Positions 1 through 13,000 of a DNA stretch of 64,000 nucleotides are shown here, piece by piece. Source of the stretch: Podarcis bocagei (Eukaryota); the NCBI GenBank assembly GCA_964188305.1, contig OZ076893.1; one strand, written 5' to 3'. Within the stretch, counting starts at the first letter, position 1. Each line of letters begins with the position of its first letter. The notes under the pieces are model-generated. The model was not told the DNA's origin and searched no databases. It worked only from the letters and a program-made list of their open reading frames with translations. A program made the position numbers and the translations under genes.

Positions 1-333
1 TGTAAACTGAGGTGATTTTAGTCTAAGGGTGGGTGCAATCCTATACACATTTACCTGAGCATAAGGCCTATTGAACTCTGTAGGGCTTACCTCTGAGTAA
101 ATGTGCAAAATTTCAGGCTGCAAGTAATAGGGGGGGGGGAATCTCTGAAATAGCACATGTTACAGCCTTGTCAAGAGTTTCATTGAATTCTGTAGAAAAA
201 ATATTGAAGTTCGAAATGAAATGTCTGGTATCATTTATATTATAAATTGCCATCCAAATACATGTATGAATGTCAAAGTCTTTGCTTGGTGATAAAAATG
301 CAAACCATATTTATGCCCCTCTATGAAATGTAG

Positions 334-530
334 TCCTGCCCACCTAGCAGCTTGAAAGCATGTAAAAATGCAAGTAGATAAATAGGTACCGCTCTGGCGG
401 GAAGGTAAATGGCATTTCCGTGCGTTGCTCTGGTTTGCCAGAAGTGGCTTAGTCATGCTGGCCACATGACCCGTCACCCGGAAGCTGTACGCCGGCTCCC
501 TTGGCTTATAGAGCGAGATGAGTGCGCAAC
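334..530 (+). mobile_element. Sauria SINE (Squam1-type), truncated at both ends
   Basis: Contains CAAGTAGATAAATAGGTACCGCT...GGGAAGGTAAA...GTCATGCTGGCCACATGACC; homologous to the copies at 1726 and 48982. Confidence 0.9.
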
Positions 531-1725
531 TCACAGCCGTCCAGATCTTGCTCTCTGGCTTTCATGCACTGGAAGTGCCTACAAGCCCATTTACATTCTA
601 GTATGTTTGGCAGTACAATTTGAAAGAGTCAGTTAATATGACCTGTTCACGAATCCACTTGTGTGTTTCCTTCAGTGCTTTTTTTTCTAGAGAAAGAGGT
701 GCCAGTACTCACCATGAAGCTGTTACAGTTAGTGCCACACTTTTTAACAACAAAAAAGTGGTGTCGGTACTGCGTACCCTTGAGTGCCTTCTGGGGAAAA
801 AACCCCACTGGTTCCCTTCCTCTTTATTTCAAATTATCTCATATCCCCTACCTCAGCTTCTGAAGTCTGAAACTGAAGGAAAGGAAAGCAACAAACCAAA
901 ATAAATGGCAATGGCAAAATGGTGCACGTGCAAGGATGTTCTCTCTCACACACAAGCAAATACTGTAAGGGCTAATAAATGGGGCTTTCACCAGTGGAGT
1001 GTTTTGAGGTTTGGATTAGACAGTCACATGGAACATTCTATGAGCCCAGCATGTGTGATGGAAAGGAGAATATATCCAGAGCCATGATTTTCTTAACTGA
1101 TGCAGTTCATTGGAAACATCTCCCCCCCCCTATTTTTAATTGCCAAGTATATTCAGCATAAATGTTCCTAAAATACTGTCAAAGGCAGCAATTTTAGTTG
1201 ATGTCCAATAGACAATTTGTGTTTAAATGAGTGCCAAGATGAATAAACATTTCAAAGCTGTAGAACATCATGGCTTGTCCAGACAACAGCAACAGCAAAG
1301 AGAATGGTTTCTTTTCAACCCTTTACTTAGGCTGACATTAATCCAAACAGGAGTTGTTCAATATTTTGGGCCCAACTTGCAATGCAGGGTTGGGAACCTT
1401 TGGCCTTCTGTTGTACAACTACAACTCACATCATCCTTGGCCATGAGCCATGTGGACTGGGGCTGATGAGAGATGGCATTCAAGTCCAACAATATCACAT
1501 TCCACATGGTTCCTCTCTCTAATGTAATGCACAAGAGGGATGGCAGCCATTATAGACCTCAATGCTGCTGCACTTTTGGGAGCCTCAATAGCTGTCTTTC
1601 AAAATTGGGAATGTGCAAAGAGATTTTACTAGTTTTACTGAAATGTCCTCTTCTGAAAATTCTTTGAATGTTTTTCTTAAGCAGGTTCATCCAATTATCC
1701 ACATCCCTTTCGAATTTGGAGACAA

Positions 1726-2099
1726 AGGTAAAAGGTAAAGGTAAAGGACCCCTGACAGTTAAGTCTAGTCACAGACGACTCTGGGGTTGTGACGCTCATC
1801 TCACTCTACTGGCTGAGGCAGCCAATGTTTGTCCGCAGACAGTTTTTCCGGGTCATGTGGCCAGCATGACTAAGCTGCTTCTGGCGAAACCAGAGTAACG
1901 CACGGATACACCATTTACCTTTCTGCCGGAGTGGTACCTATTTATCTACTTGCACTTTGACGTGCTTCCGAACTGCTAGGTTGGCAGGCGCTGGGACTGA
2001 GTAATGAGAGCTCACCCTGTCGCAGGGATTCAAACCACCAACCTTCCAATTGGCAAGCCCTCGGCTCAGAGGTTTAGACCACAACACCACCTGCGTCCC
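1726..2099 (-). mobile_element. Full-length Sauria SINE with TSD
   Basis: tRNA-like head at ~2010-2099 and (ACCTTT)n tail at ~1726-1746. TSD TTGGAGACAA (1716-1725) / TTGGAGATAA (2100-2109). Confidence 0.93.
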
Positions 2100-4828
2100 T
2101 TGGAGATAACAATAGGCAAGGTCAATTGTGGTGGATCAAGGAAGTATACCCCAGTATATTCTGTTGGACCTCTCCATGGATTTGATATTTATTTCTTTAT
2201 ACTTTTTATACTTCTTAATATAATAAAAAATCCTCCCCTTTTGGCTTTGATCCTGCCTACTGCCAGCATATGCCCCCAACAGATTACCCTGTAGGAAATG
2301 TGGCCCTTGGCAGACCAAAATATGTCTACCCTTGAACTACAGAGTCAGTCAAACAAGCTAGTAAGAAGAAAAGGAAATCTTCATGTTATCTTATGAATAT
2401 TTCTGTGGTAGCAAAACTAACTGTTATGAAATTATGGCAGAAAGTTGGGTGAGAGAGAATCAGAGCTAGTAGCACACTTTATTTGATTAACAGACGCGTC
2501 AGTTCATGAATCATGCTTTGGAATGCAAGATGGGAAGAAACACTTCTTTGAACAGTAGTGCATTCACATGCATGAATGACTTTTCAGTTCACATTCCATG
2601 ATCTGAAATAAACTATGTTTACTGACAATAGATTCGTTAGACTCTCTTGCTGCCAGCACTCATAGGAAAGGGGAGGGATAGTGAATCTTTTTTTTTAACA
2701 TACATATTGACTGAATGTGTTGGCCACTTCCAGTGTTGATGGAAGAACTGAAACAGCTTTCAGTAGCATCCATGCTAAAAGGAGATCCTTGTTCTGCGTT
2801 TTTATTTGGTGCAAAAACATTACACTCAAGTTTCGGCATTCTAGAAAATAGTAATGGAGATTTCTGCAAACAGAGTAGTCTCCAGTCGAAGTAGGAGCCA
2901 GGTTAAACACATCCCCTTAAAATGCATATGTATGCAGTGGTCAGAGAGGTTTTGATTTCAAGACAGCCTTAATTAATGTAGGTGCTTTGGTAGCTGGAAG
3001 GCCCATTGCAGCATTTGTTACTGTATCCATTCAAGAACTACCTGATTGCTGCTGTGTAGCGATATCTTGACAATGTAGGTACTTAAATTCATGTGCAGGC
3101 AAGAATTTAGTTTCCTATTTGTGATCCTTCCCCCTGTATCCTTGTAGATCTTACATCTTGAGGTAATGCTTTCTGTCATGACAAAATGTAATGTCAGAAT
3201 CAGCCAAAGTAGTACTGAGTTGAAACTTCAAAGTAGGTTTGAAAATCCTTTTAAATGAGAAAGCAGATTGTTATTTTTCGCCAGAAGCAAGGCTCTCCCA
3301 CCTGCAGCAATGTTCTTCCTCTCCTTCATTACATTTATCTGATTATCTAGCCACCAAAAGAGATTAGAACTTGAGCCAATGTGCCAGTAAAGAGGGAATC
3401 ACTGTAAAAAAATATACATTTCTACAGAGCCTTAGGCTGCAGTGCTCTGTACACTTACTTAGGAGCAAGCGGCATCAAACGCAGCAGAACTTTATTACAA
3501 GTCAACATATATACGACTGAGATGAATGCCCAAATAAGCCCAGATTTGCAGCTTTCTGTAGTCAGTGAAGATTTATTAAATACAGGTGGGTTTCAGCACA
3601 TCCTCAAAAAGCTTTACTGACTTGGAGCTCTAGGGATTTAAGATTAGTTCCTGTGGACCATTAATCCATTAGTCCACCAATATGCCAATTTAGAATGGTT
3701 CATGGGAAGTAAACTCTCTAGAACTCCAAGTCAGTAAAACTTTCTGAATATGTGTTTATCTCTGCAAAACAATCAAACAAGCAAGCAAGCAAACACTTTC
3801 TGAGGATGTAGTCTCCTCCTTCGGTGACTAGTCATTCGTTCAAACACATTCTAATCCTCTTTTCCTTTCTTGTTTCCCCAGTGACATTTTTTAACTATTA
3901 TGGAAAGAGTTCTGACAGCTCCAGTTCACAATTAAGGCGTTTAAATGGAAGGAGGCATGTTTTGATAATCGGAACAGTTGGACTTTTCTGTATTATAATG
4001 GAGACATCTAAGAAACCAGCACATGGCTTCTCTTGCAAGAAGTGTGTTCATTATTTCTCATTCTAGGCTTCAAAACAAGTGACAACTATTTCTTTTAGTG
4101 AATTCCTTCTGCCAACAGGAGGGGAAACTAGAAATGAATGCTAGATATTTTCAGCTATTTCCTTGGACAGACATTTTATTTTGATCTTGTTTTATTGCTG
4201 CTTTATTCTGTATAATATGTAGCTGGCTGACAAAGACAAATTCTCTTGCTTTCATTCTAAGTACTGGCGCAAATATAAAGCATCAGAACAAACTCTTCAG
4301 GTATTTTTGCTCAAGAACAGACCAGAGGGGTTGATTGCTTTCCATTTATTAATTTTATTGTTATCATTATAACCAATTATTTCCTTCTCCCAACCCAGGG
4401 ATAAAATGATGCTACTCAAAACCTGCTGCCTTGCCTTCTTCTTCCAAAAATCAGAAATCAGCTTGCAAAGGTCTTTAATAACTACAGACCACTGCTCTCA
4501 AATGATCCTTATGCCATATGCTAATATAGGATATCTTTGTTTCTAAGTGTGAAAGTATCCATTGGTTACCACAACTTATTTCATGCTAGTCATAGTCTCC
4601 AGCGTTATTAAATTCATTACGGAGTCTCTTTGAAAGGTCAGCAGCCAAAGCTGTAAGGAAATCTCGTTTCCAATTCACTTTTAGAATAACATCAGGAAGG
4701 GTGGCCAGATATCACCTTCTCTGCATATGGAATGTTAAAAACACTTCTCATGTTCTTATGGGTACACCCTGCTGTGTTCAGACTACTTAAATAAGTATCC
4801 AATGCCCTGAATCAGAATAGTGAGATAT

Positions 4829-4931
4829 TCTCACCCAAGGTCACCTAGTGAGTTTCATGGCTGAGTGGGGATATGAACCTTGGTGTCTCAAGTCCTAGTC
4901 CAACATTCTCACCCAGTACACTGCACTGACT
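4829..4931 (-). mobile_element. Old tRNA/CORE-type SINE head fragment (Squam3/MIR-like)
   Basis: CCCAAGGTCACCTAGTGAGTTTCATGGCTGAGTGGGGATATGAACC...; similar to the 63124-63351 copy. Confidence 0.65.
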
Positions 4932-6169
4932 AAGCAGAAGGAGGTGGCAGTGAGCCAGATAGTAAGCTGAAATCTTATTATCATAGTTAACCAGAGCCTC
5001 CTGGGATATGTAATTAAGTGGTTATACTGTGTAAAGTGTGAAGTCAGCCTTTTGTTCACAGTGATACTTAACAGAATTAGATAATGATTGTTTAGAGTGC
5101 AGTCTATCTTACTTTAGAAGACATAACTTTTCAACTTTACACAGGTTGCACATTCAAGATGGCTACAGAATTATGTGCATTCCTATTATTCCATCACATT
5201 TGCCATAATTTCAGTACAGTAGTTTAAATTTTGAATGCTAGTATTTGTCCTTTTGTTTCACATACGACTGAATGTTTAGAAACAGCTTTTTAAGTAAGAC
5301 ACTTCAATGATGCTGGAGCTGCCACTTCGATCAAAGGAAGGTTTAGTTTGTGGGGAGAGGGGCTTGAGTCACTTCCTCTACATAGTATGTAAAGCTCTGG
5401 GAGGAGGACTTGAAACAGCACATTCCTGAGACAAGCCCTTTACTGGAATGTGCAGTTCCACCTACTCCTCAAGTTTCTCTTTTCTCCTGATGGACATACA
5501 AGGTAGTAAGAAGGTTCCAGTTTTTCATTTTTGCTTTTTTGCTTTTACAGTCCTCATTTACAATGTTCTCATAACACTGAGCTGAATTTGATCTTCAGTA
5601 TCCAGTAGCTATTGACTTACCAGATTTTTCTACCGTCAGCATTGTGGAACTGATGTACCTAGGCCCTACTGGTGTGCATGTTTACATTTGAGGGCAATCA
5701 GCATTCCTTAATGAAGCCTATTTAAACAAGGTGTAATACTTAAGACTTGCCAAAGTACTTAAAAACTGGTCCTTCCAATCCCAGACCTTTCCTTTGCCGA
5801 AATCATCAAATGCGCAATTGTTTCCTCACTGGAGTCAGATGAAAAATTCTTCGTGAATAATTTGTTCATTATGGTGTAATGCTTACATTTTGCTTCAAGT
5901 ACAGATTTCTGCAAATTCTAAGTTTTAAACTCATCAAACCATTGCCTTAAACATCTCTGTGCGTATTTTTAAGCAAGCTTATTGTCCTCTTGGGCCCCAA
6001 ACCCTGCTATAATCATGACCTTTTTATTCCCATCCTCATCAAGATTCAAGATATATATCCAGGTCATGCAACAGAGTTGGATAATTCGGATGCACGGCTA
6101 ACATGGATTTCCTTCCCACAGTACTTAATTAAAGGCTGTCATTTGCTGCCAGGATATGTGATGCAGAAA

Positions 6170-6375
6170 GGGGATTCATGGAAGACAGGCTATTAGGCAA
6201 GATGACTGTAGAACCTCTGGGTTCACAGCCAGTATGAGTAACCGTGTGTGAGAGATTCAGTGGGGAAAGACTGTTGTTTTCATATTCTGTCAGCTCCTTG
6301 GAAGCACCTAGATGGCCACTGTTAGAATAGGATGCTAGACTAGATGGACCTTTCCGCACAGCTTTTCTTGTGTTT
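6170..6375 (+). mobile_element. CR1-like LINE 3' UTR fragment (related copies at ~46370-46480 and ~51995-52142)
   Basis: CACTGTTAGAA(T/C)AGGATGCTAGACTAGA is shared with the 52 kb copy; family assignment from recall. Confidence 0.55.
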
Positions 6376-6518
6376 TAAGCTGTCCTTTATGCACAGAAAA
6401 CAAATAACTTATCGCCAGGGCTCTCTGGGTTGATTAAACAGTAGAGAGAGAGATGTCTGGAAGAAGCAATGCCGATGACCATATTAGCCTGCTCCTCACA
6501 AATCAAGAAAGCCATAAA

Positions 6519-6790
6519 TGAGAGCTTGGAGTCATAGTGAATAGCTTGATGAAGATGCCAATGAAGTGTGTGACAGCTGTGAAAAGGTTACATCACATGT
6601 AAGGGATCATTAGGAAAGGGATTGAAAATAAAATTGCTGATATTGTAAGGCCATTATAAAATCTACAGTGCATTCAGAGTCGGAATACTGTGTGCAGTTC
6701 TGGTTTTCCGGCATCAAAAAGATTGTTGTAGAAAAGTTTCAGAAAAGGACAACCCAAATTATTAAGTCGCTGGAACAACTCCCCTATGGC
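6519..6790 (+). mobile_element. CR1 LINE ORF2 fragment, decayed
   Basis: Frameshifted remnants of LGVIV...AVK...GIIRKGIENK...EYCVQFW...EKFQKRTTQIIKSLEQLPY. Confidence 0.85.
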
Positions 6791-7047
6791 TACAGTATTT
6801 GCATTTGCATGGTAAGAGTGTATGAAATTATCCATGCTGTGCCTTCAAGAGGTAATGTCTAAGCTATAAAAGGGTCTTCAACACTTTTCCATAATTATTC
6901 TAATGATTTGTTTCCAAGTTATCCTGCTCTAAGTGTAGGGATTGATGAGATGTGGGATAAGGTTTTTCCTGTGCTAGCACCTAAAATTAGGAAAATATTG
7001 AGGAAAGCAAAAAATAAACTGAAACATCTATGTCAAATAAAACACAT

Positions 7048-7050
<3 letters not shown>

Positions 7051-7085
<35 letters not shown>
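7051..7085. repeat. (AC)n microsatellite
   Basis: Seen directly. Confidence 0.98.
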
Positions 7086-7086
<1 letters not shown>

Positions 7087-8209
7087 CCTTTCTAATACCC
7101 TTTTTCAAGGAGGCTATTTTGGGAAAGCTGCCTTTCTGTCTAGCAGTTCGAGAGAGCCTTAGGCCAATTGTGTCAGTAGTAGCTTGAGGCCAGTGTCCCA
7201 AATTCCAAATATCATGCAAAGAGTTGAAGAATGCATAGTTTGTGTTTGTGTTTTACTCAAAGTTGAGTAAAAGGGCAGACATGCACTATCAAAAATAGAT
7301 TCACAGGCCAGAGGTCGAGACCGATTTACATTCACAGAGAAGCTAACCACTGACCACACATTTGGGCACTAGTCATGTCATACGTTTCCTTCATTCAGTT
7401 TATCTCCTTCTACACTTCCTGTAAAAATTGTCCTGTAACTCTTATGTGAATTTTAGAAGTGGAAGTGCTCTATAAAGATAAACAAAGGGCATCCATGAAG
7501 TCATGCAAATATGCTATTCATAATTTGATCCTTCAGGTAGTTATTTTCTTCTGACTTCCAGTTTATACACATGGGGGCACCATTCAGGAAGTGGAGCTGG
7601 AGTGGCAGAAGTGATTTCTCTCTCTTTGTGTTTCACTGACACTTTAGCACATCTCTAGTCTCCCACCAATAGCATTTGAAAAGTCAGAAGGCCATCTATG
7701 TAGTTCAGTCCTCCAACTACCTGAAAAGCAAACTCAGCTGAGTTCAATTCGAGACTCCCTCATCAATTACAATTAGGTTTTTTTATTTAAATAACTCTAT
7801 GAGAAAAACCTCATTTCTGCCTAAAGAGCTCTAAACGAACTAGTAATGTTGCTTGTGTTACAATAAATTGGTTTAAACCCTTCTGTTTGTTGTCCTCAAC
7901 ACAAATCTCAGCTCTAATACAGCAAGGCTAGCACTCACAGCTGGCAATTTTCAAGGCTCCAGGGACTCCATTGGTCCAGCTCAATTATTCCCCTGAGCCA
8001 TGGGAGGAAAGAAGCTGTGCATTCCATGTGTTTGTCTAACTAAACCTCCTAATCTAAGCAGCCAACAGCATGTAGGAAGATGGTTTTTTTACAGGCTCTG
8101 CTGGTGGCCCTTAACATTTTCATGGCAACTTTAGCTTATAGCGAGGCAATGGGGGGGGGATGTCTTCCCATATACCTGTGTTGAGTGCAATGCATTTACT
8201 GTCCCATGC

Positions 8210-9078
8210 TGTGGAACAGCCTCCAACAACTTCGTTTAGGACTTTAACTCCTTTCAGGCCCAGCCAGCTGTTTGTGTGGTCAGGCGGAGTCCCCCAAACC
8301 CTGGGCGGTCCCCCCATTTGGAATAACAACTCAAGACAAGGTGCTATGGGATTAAAATTGGTCACAACTTTATTATGTTTCAGATGTGGGTAGACCTTGG
8401 CTCAGGCATTGAGCGTTTATCCCTCCCAGTCCCCCGCCATGGATCTGAGGAACATCAGGGTTATCCAGTGTGAGGAGGATGGGCTAGCTGTGGAGAACAT
8501 ATGTACAAGCAGAGAGAGCCCGCCCCCATTACGCCGCCGTTGCAGGGGAGAGCAATGGCGACCTCTAGGTGTACGGCCAAAGCCTCCCCTCAAACAACCC
8601 CTTTAACGGGGAACTCTGGTATCGCCGCTGCAAAGAGAAGGGGGATGTGGGTCACCGCTACACGCCCACCCCCATTTAGGGAAGATAGACTAAAGGATTC
8701 TGCCCAAGGCCTAATACCGCCAAAGTTGTGACTTTTGCTACAGGAAAGGCAAACCTGCCAATGCAGGAGAATTCCTTTCCGGCCCTTCAACAGTGACCTT
8801 GACGTAGCAGTGCCCGCGTACCTGTGGAGAAAAGGTTAACCTGCAAAAGAAGTCTTAACTGAGGGTGGGTAGGGTGGGAGAAGCTCTAGAGCCTACTGAC
8901 GATTCCCAGGTAAGATCCTCCCCTTATTGTGTGGGCAGGGTGGTCCCTCCCCCTACCTGGCCTGATCAACTTGGCAACGCCTCCCCAGACAGGATTGGGC
9001 AACTGGCGGAGGTAGGCGGAGGCCTCCAGGCATCCCACCTGGGGATGGTGAAGCCAAGCCTGTGCTAATGGTGCCACA
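8210..9078 (-). mobile_element. LTR-like retroelement repeat (Gypsy LTR or Ngaro/DIRS-type terminal repeat), copy A
   Basis: GC/CpG-rich island with TGTGG...CCACA ends and minus-strand AATAAAGTTGTGACC (AATAAA at 8369-8374). Colinear motifs are shared with 51046-51825. No clear TSD; boundaries approximate. Confidence 0.65.
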
Positions 9079-9319
9079 TAGGGTCCAGGGGGCTGTGTGG
9101 TCATTGTGGGAGTTGTGGTCCAAAACATCTGAAGGGCATCAGGTTGGCTGAAGAACAATTTTGAGACAAATAGTGTTTGATACGTTTCATGCCTTTTCTC
9201 AGCAGAGCCATGACCTCCAGTGAACAGGTTCCTCCACACAGCCCATATGTATCCCCTCTGCCATATGCCATAAGTATGAAGCAGATAAATGGCAGAAGGT
9301 GCTCACTTCCCGCTGTTCA

Positions 9320-9410
9320 AATCAGACAACAATCTAAATGAAACCACGACAGATTTAAGAAACGCTACTTCTGCTTTCTTATTTATTGACAGGTTTTTTT
9401 TTTAATTACA
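9320..9410 (-). terminator. Candidate distal polyadenylation site of MMP16
   Basis: Minus-strand AATAAA at 9382-9387, upstream TGTA at ~9407-9410, and a downstream GT/T-rich element (gtcgtggtttcatttagattgttgtctg, ~9323-9350). Confidence 0.55.
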
Positions 9411-9972
9411 ACACAATGAAATGATGGTAAGTACATAAGATAGTATAAAAAAAGCAATTTTTAACCCTTCCCTTGGTTAAGACACTTACAGCAGACGAGA
9501 ACTGCCCCACCCCGGACCCCCCTCCTCAAATGAAAACAAAAAAATAAATAGAAATTAATAAATAGAAAACAAATCACTGCACAGCCCTTAACTCTTTGAT
9601 TGCCAGGACAAGAACCAAAAAGACAATTCTAGCATGTGACGTTTTAATTTCGTGGTTAAAGGTTGCCGCAGCAGTCAAAGGGTTATTATACTATTGTAAA
9701 CATAAGTATTTTGTTCAAAAATGTTCAGTCATGTAATGAGTGAACAGCAATGAGATTAATATCATGACCCCTTGACCTTTAATTATGCAATATTATAAGG
9801 AGTTAAATGATAATAGCTTGGTGAGCTGGTACATAGATTAGTTAACCCATTTTTTTTATTTAATAGTGCACTATGAGGCCTTCATTTACTAATAAAAGAA
9901 TGTGTGTATAATAAAACACTGCTAAATGCATTGATCAAGAAAATAAAGAAACAATGAAAAAAAATCTGTCTA

Positions 9973-10031
9973 AGCACCACAAATTTTTGCCTGATTATAT
10001 CTGACAGTCAATATACACTTTAGCACCATTT
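9973..10031 (-). promoter_or_regulatory. Paired miR-29 target sites in the putative distal 3' UTR
   Basis: Minus strand has TGGTGCT (7mer-m8, 9973-9979) and TGGTGCTA (8mer, 10021-10028). The second extends to complement miR-29b/c nt 1-11 (plus strand TAGCACCATTT). Confidence 0.5.
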
Positions 10032-13000
10032 AGTCAGCCTTGGTTTTGCACACAAACAAGCTTTGTGTTTGTCCACAGAAACTACTTGAAAGAGGAAAAA
10101 AATGGTATTTATTAAAAAATATTATTAATGCAAAGAATGTTGTGGGAGTCGTACAGTAACATAAAATTAAAGTAATGTAAAAGAAATCAGCTCTCTGAAA
10201 ATAGGAAAATGCTGTCACTGTCTCTTTGCTTACATGCAGCACTGTGAACCAAACTCTGGCATAGAATATGTATGTGTACAAGCGGGGAAAAATAAGACCG
10301 AATACCTTAACACAGGTGTATAGAGCTTACTGTTTTGATGGATCTCATACAGTGTGACCACCATAACAACAACTGCCTGTATAAAGGAGTTGGTTCTGAT
10401 AAAGTATTTAGGCATGATAGGCAGTTTCCATTCTGGCTTGTTTTTAGGACTACCTAAAAGACATTTTCAGGTGTTATCTGGTTAAAGGTATGTAACTCAA
10501 AACCAGATGTGGTTTAATTTAAGAGTAGACCTTGTATGTGCAGAGTCAAGAAAAGGATTTTTAACCAAAAAAGGGGAAGTTAATACGCTGATTTTATAAT
10601 AAGCAGAACATATCAGAACACACTTTTGCTCCCCTGTGCTAACACATTTTAATCATAGCATGCACAACCCTATGTACTAAATTCCTCAGGGCATGTAATC
10701 CACATCTTACTGGAGTTACAAAGAAAATTCTCATTGGTCTTCAAGTCTCTAGATAGCATATTGTGCCTAATACCCTGACTAAATATTTTCTGACAACATG
10801 TGTAACAAAATCTTGGGGGCTATTTATTTTAATAGGAGACAAAGTCCACTTTGGAGGTTATCTGGAGCACAAAACCAATTGGGAATCCCCTGCCTGCTGA
10901 TTCTTATCTCCCTGTAGACTCCCAATTTGGGATGTCAAACACACATTTGGAACTCTGCAGAGAAAAGCAATTTAGGGGCATAGTATAGAATGGAGAAACA
11001 TTATGGAAGGGGATTATCCCTTCTCATTGTTTTTTTGTTGTTGCTCCAATTCTTCCCCTCTCAATGTGGATTTTACTTCATTTAAATTGCCATTGGTCTT
11101 TTGGTGCACACATTTGCTTGTACGATTTGATTAGGTCTATAGAGGTGGAGGAAATCAAGCATACATCTGTCTAAATACCAGTTGCAGAAATATAAAGGGT
11201 CAGATGTGGGAGAAAAATTGGTTTCTCATCATGCACTGGGAACAGCGGATGCTGAAATACAGGAAGGCAGCCAAGGGTCAGAATATAAATCGTTTCCTAG
11301 ATCATTTCCAGCAAAAGGCAAGTGACATTGAATAAATATGAATAATGCTGTGGAAACAACTAAATTTTTATTGTAAGCAAACAGACTGGCAGTAAACCAG
11401 CATTTAATTTAGGAGAATGGGTAACAACAACACTTTTCTGAATCATATACTAAAATATGCCCATATCCCCTGAAATCTTGAACTGCCATGTCATGTAAAT
11501 GACAAAAAAGCTACCATCATGCTTCAGCCATGACAAGAAATAAATAGGTCACCTGTAAATAGCTCCTGTACACATATTCCACAGAATAAACTGCCAATAT
11601 CTAAAGATCTGCAGCTCTTCCTGCAAATCTACAAAACTTCCAGGGCTCAAATAAACAGTATGGGCTCTGGAGAGGAATTATTTAGCTGCAGAGGCTGGCA
11701 GCTATAAGGATAAACTAACAGAGGGCACAAAGAGATTATCTCACCATCTCAGGACTCTTATCTGCGGGGAAAGAAACAGGGGCATCCTAGACTCAGTTCT
11801 TATTAGGCCGAAGTGATTATGATGGGTGATCAGAGCTGTGCGATGGAGGCACACAAACACTGTCCACAGGGAATTCTACAAAGCAGCAAACATTTGGACA
11901 GCAAAAGAAAGGCTCAACAACAAGCATTTTTAATAATAAAACTGAAAGGCACCTGTGCAAATGAATGCTAATTTTGTTGAAACCCAAGCCTATGTAATGT
12001 TGTTATCCCAGCACTGGCCCACATAAAATAACACCAAGCCAATTTGACTGCCTTTTACATCACTTTGGGGGCAGGGGAAAATCACCAAGCTGCTGTCTTT
12101 AAACACTCTAATTGAAGGGAATGGTTTCTGGTTGTGCGATTTATTTTTCTCTTGTTGGGGTGCAAGTCAATGGTTGAATGAAATTAAAAGTCAAAGACAT
12201 GTCTCACCATGTTGGGGTGTGTGTGGCTCGATGTTAAAGGATATAATGCATGTGTTAATCCAATCTAAATGGAAAGCACAAAGATGCCAGTCAAATAGTG
12301 AGAGTATACCAAAGCTGCACAGCAGCAGCTGACAAAGCAGATACACACACAAAGAAGAATTTGATTTGGGGTGGGTTGAATATCTTTATTAGGTGGCCAA
12401 AAATGCTGCTCGAAGAAAAGCAAAATGCCCATTTTATGAATGAACGGAGGCCTTTGTTTGCAGTTGATTCAGCCCTGTTGACTTAAATATCATATCCCAG
12501 TATATTTTAACTGGTTTATAGATTGGTCCACTGGACGACTTTCCAAAGCCTATACAATACGGTTGGATTGACATTGTTCATTTTGCCCTGCTGAAAGCTC
12601 GCTGTTTCACATAGCAAACAAGTATAATGAAGAGCACGTCCACATCTCGGGAATTTATTTATTTATTTCATTAAAAATTATATACTGCTGATGGTTTTTG
12701 GGTTTTTTTAACTACTTCAAAGCGGCTTACAAAAAAAAATTACTTGAGTGTGATGTTTTCCATATCCTTATATTAAAACCACATAAATATTTTAGCATGG
12801 AAATGTTTCTTTTTATTTGATAACTTTCATGAGACTATAACAACTTAGAAAGCTTGGGACACTTTTCTGCCAAAGTTGCCTTCTCAGTCCTATTTAGCTT
12901 TTTAGAGAAAGCACTTGAGGTGCTATTGGTGGACAGCAGCGGCACTTTTCTATGAAGATTAAAGTGCCAGGGTTCCTGTGAAAGCCGCTTTATCTTCTTG

